64,000 nucleotides of DNA. Origin: Saccostrea cucullata. Its lineage: Eukaryota. Both the position numbers and the translations under genes were made by a program. Location: the NCBI RefSeq assembly GCF_032062105.1, contig NW_026935190.1, positions 248,001 to 312,000 on the forward strand. The letters run 5' to 3'. Below are positions 1-13,100 of this stretch, one piece after another. The notes beneath the pieces were generated by a model. That model searched no databases. It saw nothing but the letters and a program-made list of their open reading frames with translations, and was not told where the DNA came from. Within the stretch, counting starts at the first letter, position 1; each line of letters begins with the position of its first letter.

Positions 1-497
1 TTTCTACTGATGTTTTAACACACTGAATTTTTAGGAATTTTTGTAGAACTATGAAAAAAGATTTTTTAGAAATCTTAGCACCCACAACATTTATTGGTGT
101 TATTAAGACTGCCAAGTCGTCACTGAATTTGATACATCATACTTCATTACATTTTCTACAGATGTTTTAACACATACAGATGACATGTCCTTGACCTTTT
201 CTAAAAATTCTAATCAAATCAGCTGGCTCAGAGAATTATGAAATTTACTTAATTCTTTTTAAGACTTCTTAAATTTCAGATAGTTTCATGATCCTAGAGC
301 CTTCTCTATAGCTTGCTCTCTTAAAAAAATGCAGTTATATCCAAGGATCATGACTGTATCATAGCTAAACAGAACACTTACAGGATCTCAATCAAATTGA
401 GAGCATAATAAATCTTATATAGCAGGTACTTCAAATATTGGATTTGGTTTGATATGCTTTTACAATGTTGCTTATAGCAATATAATTTTTCCTTGAA

Positions 498-1448
498 CTA
501 CAGAAATTTTGTATTGTGGGACTTCCACGTAACTCCATCCCCATCTTGCTTTGTCCAAGGGAAGGGAATTAGGAATTGTATAACCCAGTATGGACCAAAC
601 ACTGACCGCATCTCATCCAGGAAGTTTGTCTGGTAAATTTTTCGTCCCTTCACACACTCATAACTTGTTTGACCATTTAAGATAAGACTGAACTGCCAAA
701 AAAACATGTACATACAAAATAGCCCAGTGGATAATACAAGATAACACCAAAATATGGTCAAAAATGTATAAAAGGAGGATTTGCCAATGATTGTTATAAC
801 AAGTGCATAAGGCAGGAAATATTTGAAAAATTCTGTACCTAAAAAAGAAACATAATGGATGCTTAAATATTGTTCTAAGTAATACAGTGCAACAGTTGTG
901 CCTATTATGCCATAAAATGACCACAAAATAAAGTGTCTTTGATTGTGGAACCCAATGCAACAACCAGTGAAGAAGCAATGGTGGTCTCTCTTCAGAATGC
1001 AGCGTTCACAGATGTTGCAATGTCTAGCTCTGGGAGGGACATTTTGGTCACATTTGGTGCATTTTGTCCAGTCCTCATGTGTAGCATCATTAAACAAAGG
1101 CAAATCCGAAGCTGTGCTGTAAACAGATTTTAAACTTGTTATGATAGTCAGAATCCACTGTCCTAGTGCATTAATTGTAAGGTACCAGAAAAACAGCCGA
1201 TGGTAAAACAAGGAGAATTCGGGATCTTGTAGCTCATTGTGGAAAATCCATGGCAGGCACACACTGGAAGCCACCCAGTGCAAAAGAAAGATAAACACCA
1301 TGACGTAGAGCATTCCCCCATAGTTAATAAGAACCAGGATGTTTTTGGTGAGTAAGGGTCGGTGGCTGGGGGGTCGGTCCTGGTAAGTGTCCATTGTGAG
1401 TACCAGACTCTGTGTGAACTCAAAAAACTTCACAAATAAATTCAACAT
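498..1448 (-). CDS. DHHC palmitoyltransferase (ZDHHC22/ZDHHC24-like), intronless CDS
   Basis: 316-aa ORF with cysteine-rich domain CTKC...PPRARHCNICERCILKRDHHCFFTGCCIGFHNQRHF, several hydrophobic TM segments and a GQTSYE (TTxE-like) motif. Splice acceptor just upstream (1481-1482) implies a 5'UTR intron; possible donor at 1896-1897. Confidence 0.93.
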   Translation of the reverse strand: MLNLFVKFFEFTQSLVLTMDTYQDRPPSHRPLLTKNILVLINYGGMLYVMVFIFLLHWVASSVCLPWIFHNELQDPEFSLFYHRLFFWYLTINALGQWILTIITSLKSVYSTASDLPLFNDATHEDWTKCTKCDQNVPPRARHCNICERCILKRDHHCFFTGCCIGFHNQRHFILWSFYGIIGTTVALYYLEQYLSIHYVSFLGTEFFKYFLPYALVITIIGKSSFYTFLTIFWCYLVLSTGLFCMYMFFWQFSLILNGQTSYECVKGRKIYQTNFLDEMRSVFGPYWVIQFLIPFPWTKQDGDGVTWKSHNTKFL

Positions 1449-2429
1449 GATGAATAACTTTCTTCACTGTCGTTAAGTGTCTGTAAAGAGAACAAAAACA
1501 TAAGGCCTACTGCATACTAGATACAAATTTCAAGGATTCATTCAAAAACTTACATGGTGAAAGATGGTTTCTATAACAGAATCAAAACTGCTTTGTGTCA
1601 CTTTGAAGATGCTCAATTATTTATTTTGGTGAAAAAAATCAATATTTGCCACAAGTTTGTAAGACTTTTTTTTAAAAGCTATTTGTTTAAAAAAAAAAGA
1701 CATTTTGTGAAAAACTATAGCCTAGCCAGGGACCTATATACTAACAATATAGGAAAATCTTTATCCATGGCTTCCAAAAATTTATATACTTCAGAAAAAT
1801 AATGATTTCTAATTCAGAATAGCAAATATCAAAATTTTAAATTGGTTGAACAATGAAGGAATATGAACGGGAAGTAACTGTTTTGCTATATACTAACCTT
1901 CTGTTTCTGCAGCGTATTTCGAAATTAAAAGCTTTGCCCCAATATCATGTTCATCACGAATGACTAAATGAGTAATGACACTATCCACTACTGCAAGAGG
2001 AAACTTTGAAGAGGTATTTCCGAATAGTGAATATTGGGAACCAGCGAAATTTTTGTAAGTAATTTGTACAATAATTTATTCGAGTTCTTTTCATACTTTC
2101 TTTCTTTTTTTTTTTAAACATAAGCTTATTAGGAGGATTTTTTTTTTTTAACGTAAGCTTAGCGAATTATCAAAATCGAAATTAATAACCAGGAACTTAA
2201 AATTGTTGTTGATAAAGATCCTTATGCCCCACCCTGTGTCGTGAGAGCCAGTTGACTGCATTTTCAAATGTAAAAATAAAAATTTATTTTTATTAGATAA
2301 AGTTAAAATGGAATGAATATATTCTGTTTTCTGGAAATGCGTGTGTAAATGTAAACCAGCAGCTGATCAATAACTGGGGAAAATATGCATTGGTGATATT
2401 TTAAAATGTTTTATCAGAATTAATATCGA

Positions 2430-3445
2430 CGAATTTACAGTGGAAAGTCCAGACTTTTTTTATATCATTGACAGCTGCTTTTTCAATAAGAATGGAAATC
2501 GTATATTTACTTACCTTGTCATTGGTCATTTGCAAAATCATTTTGTTAAAAACATTCTAATTGTGCGCACAAACTTGTACTCTGAAGTTGACATAAAAAG
2601 GTGCTTGAGTTTCTGATTGACAATATCTATGTGGTTTTTGGAGACCAGGTTTTCCAAAATTACATGGAATCCCCATGGGTACCAATATTTCGCACCATTA
2701 TTAGCAGACCTATATTTTTGCATTCATATGAAGCAAAATTTGTCCAGATCTTATACGTGGAAAGAAGAAAACACGGTTCAACTCGACATTAGATATATCG
2801 ACGACGTATTGTCAATTAACAATGGTTATATTTCCATTCTTATGTTGATATGATATATCCCGGTGAGCTTGAGATAAAAGATACCACAGAGTCTGACAGA
2901 TTTGTTTCATATTGGGATATTTTACTTGAAGAAGAAGTTGATGGAAATCTAACAACCAAGCCCTATTTATAATCATGATGACTTAATTTAACTTTTCAAT
3001 CGTAAGTTTCCCTTACTGACATGCAGCACTATACCTTCATCACCTGCAAGAGGGTTTTATATCATTCAGTTGAATCGATACGCAAGAGCATGCCCTAAGT
3101 ATGTACAATTTCTAAAATGAGATTAATTATTGATAAACAAGTTGACGAAACAAGAATATAGCAGCAGCTAGTCTCATTTGCAGTCATCATTTCGTAAGTT
3201 CTATATATAGTCGATACAATGACCTTGTCAGCAAATACAATTTATCATTGAGTCAAATGCTGAATGACGTTTTTCATACTAATTGTTAATCCGTTATATT
3301 TACAATCTGAATTGTCTATTTTTCGTTATTTCCTGATCAAGACAAGAAGCACACGGCGGGTGTGACTACGGTCGACAGGGGATGCCCACTCCTCCATGGC
3401 ACCTAGCTGATCCCACTTTTGATGTTTTGGGGATCCGTGTTTTCT
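2430..3445 (+). mobile_element. Decayed, 5'-truncated Penelope-like retroelement (RT C-terminal half plus 3' end), probably Naiad/Chlamys-type
   Basis: Frameshifted RT motifs across frames: MLEFLIDNIYVVFGDQVFQ, GIPMGT, APLLADL, RYIDDVLSINN, IYPGELEIKDTTES, IQLNRYARAC. No C-terminal endonuclease follows. The 3' sequence 3350-3440 recurs at 42911-42993. Clade assignment is inference. Confidence 0.75.
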
Positions 3446-4117
3446 CCAATCCTATTTTGTATTGTTTTATGGAGCTTGAATACTGTTTCGTTATCTCCAT
3501 AAATTTACATTTCCAATGTCTTTGCCTGATATAAAATTACAAATAGTTAATTCATGTACTTTATTTCTACATAAATGCACCGGTTCATCGATAGGCGCGG
3601 TTGAAAAAAGAACTCCGTGCGGGGCGAGACAAATAGAGACAGAAGCAGGGCTTGTAGCATGTGGATTTGCGGAATCAAGAGCATGTAAATATAAGAAATA
3701 TATATAACTGTCAGATTTTTTGATTTCATTACGATGAGCAATTGATTGGCTTGCATGATAATTGTATGTATAAACGCCAAATTCACAAAAATGAGATGTT
3801 TATGCAAATTATTATCGCAAGTTTACGGACTGTAAACTATAGATCACATCTATATCCGTAAAAATCAAAAAAATGTTTCACAACCGTAAACTATACTTAA
3901 CACCGAACTTTGCGATTGCAAAACCTTAAATCTTTCAGATAAACATGATAAAGAATTATCATTAGCTTTAGATTTTCAGCATCATCATTTTAAGTTTTTA
4001 TACGTTAAATATAGTTTAAAATCGCTAACTATAGTTTACGGTTTGCAAACTATAGCGATAAACCTAGTTTATCTTGTTCATTTTGGTTCATTCAACGATC
4101 TTTTATTATACTCTTAA

Positions 4118-4912
4118 AGGTGCATAGACACAGGTTTGAAGTTGATGTTTTCTGTATAATATCTCGACTTATGTATTGTAATAGCATTTCACACGAAAAT
4201 ATATGAAAATCTTATTTCATCTAAAAGTTCTTGAAATTTTAATTTTTTGGATGGATTTGATTGACACATCCTTGCACTTTCACAAATTTTCATTTTTTTT
4301 CTTAATACTAAGGAAAAGAGGAAAAGTGGCAATCTGGTTGAGTATTAATAAAAAATATTAAAACTTTGATCCAGAAAATAATTATATTCAGAGTAGAAAT
4401 GTGCTAGAGCAAAACCCCTTCACAAATACCTGAAATATCGTCATTCCGCGCTTAGTGTTGTGTACAGAGTTTCGCAAATTGAACACACCCGTGAAACGTC
4501 CACAGTTTTTGTAAACGAGCTCTGTTGATGTGGGTTAAGTTAATGTTTACGATTCCCCGGGTGTGTTCAGTTGTTAATGTCTGCTCACCACAACTGCACG
4601 GACTGACAATACTGTGTGTATATATGTTTTGTTTTCGAACATTTCTACTCTGAATTTTCTGGATTGAAGTTTTAATATTTTTCATTAATACCCAAGATTG
4701 CCACTTTTCCTAAGTATTAAGAATATTAAAAATTAAGATTTGTGAAAGTGCAAGGATGTGTCAATCAAACCCATCCAAAAATTTAAAAATTTCAAGAACT
4801 TTTAGATGAAATAAGATTTTTCACATATTTTCGTGTGAATTGCTATTACAATAATATATAAGTCGTGATATTATACAGAAAATTATAACTTCAAATCTGT
4901 GTCTATGCACCA
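4118..4912. mobile_element. Non-autonomous foldback DNA transposon, Kolobok-like
   Basis: ~300-bp inverted arms (4118-~4415 vs ~4626-4912), termini AGGTGCATAGACACAG / CTGTGTCTATGCACCA, flanked by TTAA at 4114-4117 and 4913-4916. Confidence 0.8.
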
Positions 4913-5371
4913 TTAACAATGTCAATATAACAGATATTTCTGAACATTGAAATTTAGCACCACAATGGCTGAAGTTCTATCACATTTACTTTATTTAAAG
5001 TACATGTAGAAAAAGACATTAAATGCACGAATACTTCTCGATCGACTTGTCTAGTATTTGACTGGTTCTCTGTCCTTTCCTTATGCGGTGAAGGTCATCT
5101 TAAAAAAATGAGAAATTTTGAACTTATTAGAGTTTAAAAAAACGAATTAAATAAAGAATTGATAAGAAGATCATGCCGACCTTCCAGGTAACATATATTT
5201 ATGATTAAAAAGCAGTTTATTTCTTGAAGTCTCATTTACTTAAGAAGTCGCGGAACGTAATCTTTTTTAATTCAGCAGATTCGATCGTTCCGCCATTTTT
5301 TGATAAAACTATGTATTTTGTGTTAACCATGTAAACAACAACGCATGGGCTGCTATCTTATCAAAAAGAAA

Positions 5372-5403
5372 CAGAGACATATATAAAAGATTATATGTCT
5401 CTG
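5372..5403. repeat. 32-bp hairpin, minimal CANAG-terminated MITE remnant in the PRDM 5' region
   Basis: CAGAGACATATA...TATATGTCTCTG inverted repeat with loosely duplicated flanks (aaaagaaa/gaaagaac). Confidence 0.5.
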
Positions 5404-5744
5404 GAAAGAACAGAAAATTGTTTTCAAAAGACTTGTCTAAAGATGTAGATCACTTAAGCCCGGTGGCTTGATAATGTTGCAAGAAATAATTTAACCCTCT
5501 TGTGTTATGAGACTTGTTTAGCATGTTTTGGGAAATATGCACATGTACAATACCACAGATCAGACCAGGATGAACCTAGGCCACCTTCAATCACACACTT
5601 CCTGTTTCTATAATCATAGTAGTAGTTGTATTTGTTGCTGTCATGTAGATCTATAAAACTATATATAAAACTAGTCTAAATGATAGTGTATTTAGGCATG
5701 CCACCAATCTTGCTTAGGACTAGGAGCCTTTACATTCACTAAAA

Positions 5745-5880
5745 ATATGTAATGAGAGTGTCAAAAAATGCAGTGGACCAGACCAGGATTAGAACCTTGG
5801 GCCCCAGGCCCCCTGAATTGGTCAGGTGCTTTATCAGCTAAGCTCTCTGGCAATGGGGGATTGAACCTGTCTGACCACAT
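5745..5880 (-). mobile_element. Degenerate tRNA-derived repeat (SINE-like)
   Basis: Minus strand reads GCCAGAGAGCTTAGCTGATAAAGCACCTGAC...GGTTCTAATCCTGGTCTGG (A-box and B-box-like) with a disrupted anticodon arm; not an intact tRNA. Confidence 0.4.
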
Positions 5881-6343
5881 CCTAGCTGCAGCTCTGTAGC
5901 TCTCTGCTTTAGAAAATTAAGATAGATAATGCAGAGACCTACAAATCCAAGCATTGTAAAAACCTTTGAATAATGCCACCATTTTTTTGTCGCTCTCTTC
6001 GGGTATTATTTCTCGTATTTAATGCTTTCCCCCACTTCAAAAATAGTATCCAATAATTAATCACACATTTTACTCATATTCTTGATATTTATTCCAAAAA
6101 TAAAAATAAAACACAATGTTCTATTGAGAGGATGATTGTGTGATAACCTGACAATGTTGTTTGAAAGTTAAACTTTACTGCTGGGACTACACTTATCAAG
6201 ATATCTTAAAATATTATCTTAAATGAAACAATAGACAATTTTTTTTTTCTGTTAATTTTTTGCATGTGATATTGTCCTAATATTTATCTATTTTCTCTTT
6301 TTTTAATAGACTAAGTAGGAAGATCAGAAGATACTCAGGAATC

Positions 6344-9300
6344 ATGGAATACAACTGGGAAGGTAAAACACTACATGTACAAAGTAATCAAATTTCACTC
6401 TGCTAGAAAGACAAGGATTACCATCTCTTCTTTAAAAATATATATAGAAATTTTCCAGGTCACAAAACTCTCTTTATTACAGATTATAAGTAATGTTTGT
6501 TATGAAAGACTGCACATTTGTTATTTACAGGTTGTAATTTAGTTATCCAGGTTCAATCAAGGGTATACAGAAATTTACATCCGGCTTGCTAACCAATATC
6601 TTGTGTTACAAGCTGGATAAGACATACTGTGAAATCACTAATTTTCATGAGGGGTTAATTTTCATTGTTTTTCAAGGTATGGAGAGACCGTTGAATCAAA
6701 TCCTCACAAACTAATATTTCTCAAACCTTGGAAATTTGACTCCACAAGAATGTTGATTTTACAGTAATGTTTGTTACTTACAGGTTGTAATGTTTGTTCT
6801 GTTTGTTACTTACAGGTTGTAATGTTTGTTCTGTTTGTTACTTACAGGTTGTAATGTTTGTTACTTTTAGGTTGTAATGTTTGTGGAGAGAACCACACCA
6901 CAGAGTGCTGTCCAGAGCTCGGACTTCTGCCCTCAGAAATTCAGAATCCAGCTACCACTAAGTAATACATATGCTAAATTGTAAACATTTGTAGAGAAAA
7001 AATAATTTTTTTGATTTTCTTTTAAAGTCATTTCATTATAAACGCTGTAATAAAAACCTAACTGATTAAAGTTTGTTAATCTGATTAAAATCTAATCTTT
7101 GATTTGCTCCAAAATTCTGAGAGTTACTGTACAAATCTTAGTACAGTGACTTTAGGAATTCAAGGAAATACTAAAGATTTCATTTAAATCAGATTGAAAG
7201 TTTGTATTTCCCTTATCCTATTTAAGTCATGTTTATATAAAACTGTATTCATCCTTGTATAAGCTAGTCGCATTCATTTACGTACATTACACAACGATAA
7301 TGACCCCTTAACATTACCAATAACAGTCCAGTAGTAGGAGACTACATTTTCATATTGCATTGACATTGCAGAGCCAGGTTAACTCTGCCCCACTCCATGT
7401 GTGCCGTAGATTTAGCCGGACAGGAAGTAGCAGTGGTTGCCCAGAGTCCGATTAACAGGAAAACCCAGTTCGGCCCGTTTGAAGCCAAAAAGACAACGCA
7501 TGAATTCAATGATGATTCCTTGTTTCTTCTGAAGGTATGATCACATACATCTGGCATGATAATGAAAGTCTGAACTTTGTTCACTGTAGAAGAAAGAAGT
7601 GTCCTTGATTTTATATGAGAAAAATAAATAAGTACCTGCATACTGACATTTTAATTCAGATGTTGGAATGAATATTTAATTGCCTTTGTTGAAAAGATTC
7701 TTGTAATAGAGTTAACTTTTACACAATACATTGTAGATTATTTAATGTTTGTGTGATCTGAAGGAAAACATATTTTCCCTACAGTGTTAAGACTATTTTT
7801 ACAAAAAAAAAAAAAGAAAAAAAAAAGAAAAGAATTATTAATATATATGATGAAAATAAAAATTCTTTTATGTACTCCTGTAGTTTATCGGTATTTTATT
7901 ATAGGTGATATTTAGAGATTCCATTGTTAGTCTGGATACAACAAATGAAAATGAATGTAACTGGCTGTGTCTGGTGCGAGCTGCAACTGACTCCAGTATG
8001 TATAAAATAAATATGGCATTGCTTAATTGCATAAGCCATAACTGATTGTGAAATACAAGTACCAGTAAATTAAATGAATGAAAATAAGCATGCTTTTCAA
8101 AATGGAGTAAAACCAGAATTTATTTAATAATACCTAATGTAAATTTTTGCAGGTATTGTTGAATTTTATTGGTATGTTTGTTTTTTTCTTTAAAGAGGTG
8201 ATATTTGTTATTTATTAGATGAACAGAATATGATAGCTTACCAGATGGGAACCAGCATATACTACAGCACAATCAGGGACATAGTAATGGGGGAGGAACT
8301 CAAGGTCTGGTATGCTTCTCCATATGCCAAGAAAATCGGCAAAAGTGTCGTACCTGATGGAGTTAGCAGAGGTAAAAGCACTAACTTAGAAAGCTGAAAT
8401 AAGTCAATATAGTGACCTAGGAGGAGGAATAATGGGAAGGGTGTCTTGGTTGGGGTTAAAAGGGAGAAGATTATCTTAGTCAGATTGCTATAGATTGGAT
8501 CTTGTAGATTTGTTGTTCAATTGTCATTGAATGCATACATACAATGTACATGACCAAACTAGGAAAAATGGCAAATAATAAACTGTGGAAGATTGCTTTA
8601 TCAAATAGTCATATACATTTGAATTTGAATTTTCTCATAACATGCATGTTATTTTGTAGTAATGCTCAATATGGAGGTGATATACCCCTCTATTGATGAA
8701 GTTCAGGAGAGTCTACCCCTGGAGGCCCCACAGGAAATTCCAACCCAGGAGGAGACAACTCTGCAGGATAACACTTTAGCCAATGAGAGCAACCTGATTC
8801 AATCAGAAGAAGGGGAACAGGAAATGTTACAGATGACAAATCATGTGGAAAAGACAGACAGAGAGCAGCAGACCACGTCCATATTAGAGGTACTTATTAT
8901 GGTTTTATAATTTTACCCTTGCCTTAACATCAATTTTCAGGTATTTAGTTCAAAGTGCAGTGTTGTCAAATCTCAGACAGAAATACATGTATTCTTTTAA
9001 AAGCTCATAAAGAAAGAACAGAAATCTGAAAATGACCACTTTTGGGGGATTGAAGTGCCTTGTAATTAATAACACATTCAGAAATATAAACATAATACGT
9101 AATATCGCGACTACCAATAAGTACCTCGCAGTTATCCAACTTACTACCGCTCTTTTGCGGGGGAGTCATGGAAGGTCTAAATTTCTGGGGCACATGACAT
9201 TGTTTACAGTAGTGACAATCAACTGATTCCAACAATTTAATGCCGAAATCACAATATTTGCCAGATATTGAACTCCAAATAGTAGATTGTCAAATAAGGA

Positions 9301-9905
9301 AAGTTCAGAATATTTTATATGCTTTAAAATGTGACGATTTTCAATGAAAATTTAACGAGAAGAGTACGCTTACTTAAAAATATCGTTAAAAATGTAACAA
9401 TTTAGGATTGGCTTCTCTCAAAAATTTATTAGGCTGGTTCAGCGATTGTTTAGCAAGGACAGATAAGTAAAAAATCCACCAAGATTTTTTACTTATCTGT
9501 CCTTATGAATGCTACTATGATCGATCTTGCATTGTATTAAATAGCACATTTGCCCCCACCCAACAGACGTTTCCTACCTCCATCGCGAAAGAGTTCCGCT
9601 AAGTTAAGTAATCGCGATATCAAGTATTATTTGTACTTCAGCAGGCAGCCTCAGAGAGTGCAGCAGTGACCAAGGAGCCTGAGACTGATGTAGTCACAGA
9701 GAGTACAGACCTACCCAAACATGCCTGTCAGCGCTGTGATCAGATTTTCATCTCGGAGAATGATCTGGCTCACCATCTTATTCTGCACATCACTCAAACA
9801 GAGGAGTAGGTTCTCATTCATCTCTGGTCAAGTGTTGATGATTTTCAGTGCTATGAAACTAATGGATAAAATATAGAAAAAACAATTTTTAGCTCACCTG
9901 AGCCA

Positions 9906-9937
<32 letters not shown>

Positions 9938-9986
9938 GTCCGTTGTCTGTCGTTGTCGTTGTAGTCGACGTTGTCGTCGTCGTTGT

Positions 9987-10052
<66 letters not shown>

Positions 10053-10085
10053 TAAAGTATCCTTAGGTGAAGGGGATTCAGGTTT

Positions 10086-10126
<41 letters not shown>

Positions 10127-13100
10127 ATGAATTAGAGAAAAATTAATGGCATTTTTAAAAAATCTTCTTCTCAAGAACCACTGGGCCAGGAAAGATGAAA
10201 CTCATGTGAAATCATCACCAGGTAGTGTAGATTCAAGTTTGTTCAAATCATGACCCCCGGGGGTAGGATGGGGCCAAAATGGCTGATCAAAGTTTTACAT
10301 AGGAATATATAGGAAAAATCTTTAAAAATCTTCTTTTCAAGAACCACTGGGCCAGGAAAGATGAAACTCATGTGGAATCATCACCAGGTAGTGTAGATTC
10401 AAGTTTGTTCAAATCATGACCCCCGGGGATAGGGTGGGGCCAAAATGGCCGATCAAAGTTTTACATTGGAATTTATAGGAAAAATCTTTAAAAATCTTCT
10501 TCTCAAGAACCACTGGGCCAGGAAAGATGAAACTCATGTGGAATCATCACCAGGTAGTGTAGATTCAAGTTTGTTCAAATCATGACCCCTGGGGGTAGGG
10601 TGGGGCCAAATTGGCCGATCAAAGTTTAACTTAGGAATATTTAGGAAAAATCTTTAAAAATCTTTTTCTCAAGAACCACTGAGCAGAAAAGATGAAACTC
10701 ATGTGGAATCATAACCAGGTAGTGTAGATTCAAGTTTGCTCAAATCATGACCCCCGGGGGTAGGGTGGGGCCAAAATTGTCGATCAAGTTTTACATTGGA
10801 ATATATAGGAAAAATCTTTAAAAATCTTCTTCTCAAGAACCACTGGGCCAGGAAAGATGAAACTCATGTGGAATCATCACCAGGTAGTGTAGACTCAAGT
10901 TTGTTCAAATCATGACCCCCAGGGATAGGGTGGGTCCAAATTGGCCGATCGAAGTTTTACATAGGAATTTATAGGAAAAATCTCTAAAAATCTTCTTCTC
11001 AAGAACCACTGGGCCAGGAAAGATGAAACTCATGTGGAATCATCACTAGGTAGTGTAGATTCAAGTTTGTTCAAATCATGAACCCCGGGGATAGGGTGGG
11101 TCCAAATTGGCAGATAAAAATTTTACATAGGAATATATAGGGAAACCTTTCAAAATCCTCTTTTCAAGAACTTCAAATCCATGCTTAGTGATATTTATAT
11201 GGAATCATCCTCAGGTAGTGTAGATACATGTTTGTTCAAACCATGACCCCCTAGGAGGTTAAAATTCAAGCCCCCCCAAACTCAGTAAACTTTCAGTTCG
11301 GATCTGATATGTGCTTTTTCCTAGCAAATTGCTCAGGTGAGCGATGTGGCCCCTGGGCCTCTTGTCTAAAAATATGATGTATTTATTCATCTCAGAGTAA
11401 AACCAACTTTCTTTTGCATCTGAAAAGTTTTTGTAAGGACAGCTGGATTCAGAAAAGATTAAAAAGCAATTATAATTTATATATATTCATGTAGAAATAA
11501 TTGTCATGCTTGTACTGTATTTGATGGATGTAACCTTTCTTTCTTAACCAGAAAGCTTAAGCGAGGAAGAAAGCCAAAAAATCATAATGCAGTGAATGCA
11601 GATGGGGAACCAGAAGAAAATCCAGAAGAGGGCAGAGAGCAGCCAGGTGAAGAAGATTGGGAGGAGCTAGAAAGTGATGACCCCCGTGACCCTGACTTCA
11701 CCGAAGATAAAAACGTGGCCTTCACTGTGTACGAAGTCTCGTATACAGGCCGACCGAGGAGGAGCATGAGGAGCAGAAGTAAAATAGACAAAGACTTCCT
11801 GTATCTCTCTAATGTTAAAAAGACAAGAAGAACTTTTGACAAAATGGAATCATCTGGTGAGAATTCTTCAGAAGAGACTCAGGGATCAGAATTGGAGGAC
11901 GCAATAAAAACTAATGAGGAAAATCAGATAGAAAGAGGCAGTAATAATCAGCAGGGCAAACCAAAGAGGGGGAGGGGTCGACCTAGAAAGTATCCAATCA
12001 AAGGGCAAGAGAATGTCGAGAAAGCTCCAAACGCGGAAACCCGTGAACAACCTACTTTAATGGAAGGCGTAAAAACCAAAGAAACTGCTGAAGACAAGGT
12101 TTCTGAAATTGCAACTGATAGTCTGAAAAATCTGTCTGAGCCAAAAGATAAACCTGAAAATGAAGTACCCCTGGAGGAGAGAAATGAGAAATATTCAGCT
12201 GTAGACCATGTTGATCTTGGAGAATCACAAGAACAGCCTAATGATATTGTGCCCTCAGTTGTGGAAATGGAAACAGAAAATGTCATTAATTCAGAAAGTG
12301 CAACAGAAAAAAATAGAGAAATGGACAAAATGGCTGTCTCAGAGGAGATAAATTCTGAAGAGGAAGCAGGCAATGGAAAAGCTGTGTCAAACTGCTCCAC
12401 ATCAGTGACTGAAAATGTTGGTGATGTCATTGAATCAGATGGGAACAGCACCCAACTATCTGACAATCAGCAGAGTAAGGCAGAAGAGAACTTGAATGTG
12501 ACAAATGAGAATGAGAAAATAGAGATAGAAATGGATGTGGATGAGGTCATGGAACCTCTTCCTAGCCTTGATAATACAACAGTTATGAGTGAAATGAAAA
12601 GAATCAAAACTCTGCAGAAACTAAGATCCAAATACAAGCATGTCTGTAAGCACTGTGGGAAACATTTTAAAAGCATACATTATCTCCGATTACACATACC
12701 TATGCACACTGGGAAGTTTGCTTGCACGTATTGTGGATTTAACTTTGCCAGAAAGGATAGTATGCTTAAACATGACTGTAAAATGAAGAAAGTCATTAAA
12801 CCATTGCAAAAAGATGAGAAAGAGATATTTCAGTGTTTGCTGTGTTTGACAGAAATGGAGGACATAAAGGCAGCAAGGGAACATTATTCATCTCATAAGA
12901 AGGACATAAGATGTGTTGACTGCAACGAAGTGTTCGGGAAACAACAGTTGCTTAGGGACCACATCTGTCCCAATGCCTCCGAAAAACTCATCAGATGTGA
13001 CATCTGCAAAAATCCATTTCCTTCCCAGAAATCTTTGATGCGACATCTAGCAAAACACACAGACATCTTTCAATGTCCAAATTGCCTCAAGACGTTTGCT

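Noticed and set aside
5745-5880. tRNA gene
   Set aside because: Cloverleaf is broken by insertions and mismatches; kept only as a SINE-like relic.
9943-10146. Poly-Val ORFs (also 30552-30899)
   Set aside because: They are translations of the HINE (GTC)n microsatellite and conserved box, not genes.
10157-11250. Regularly spaced repeats resembling a CRISPR array
   Set aside because: Whole ~166-bp units repeat with no unique spacers and no cas genes; it is a Helentron-borne satellite in a eukaryote.
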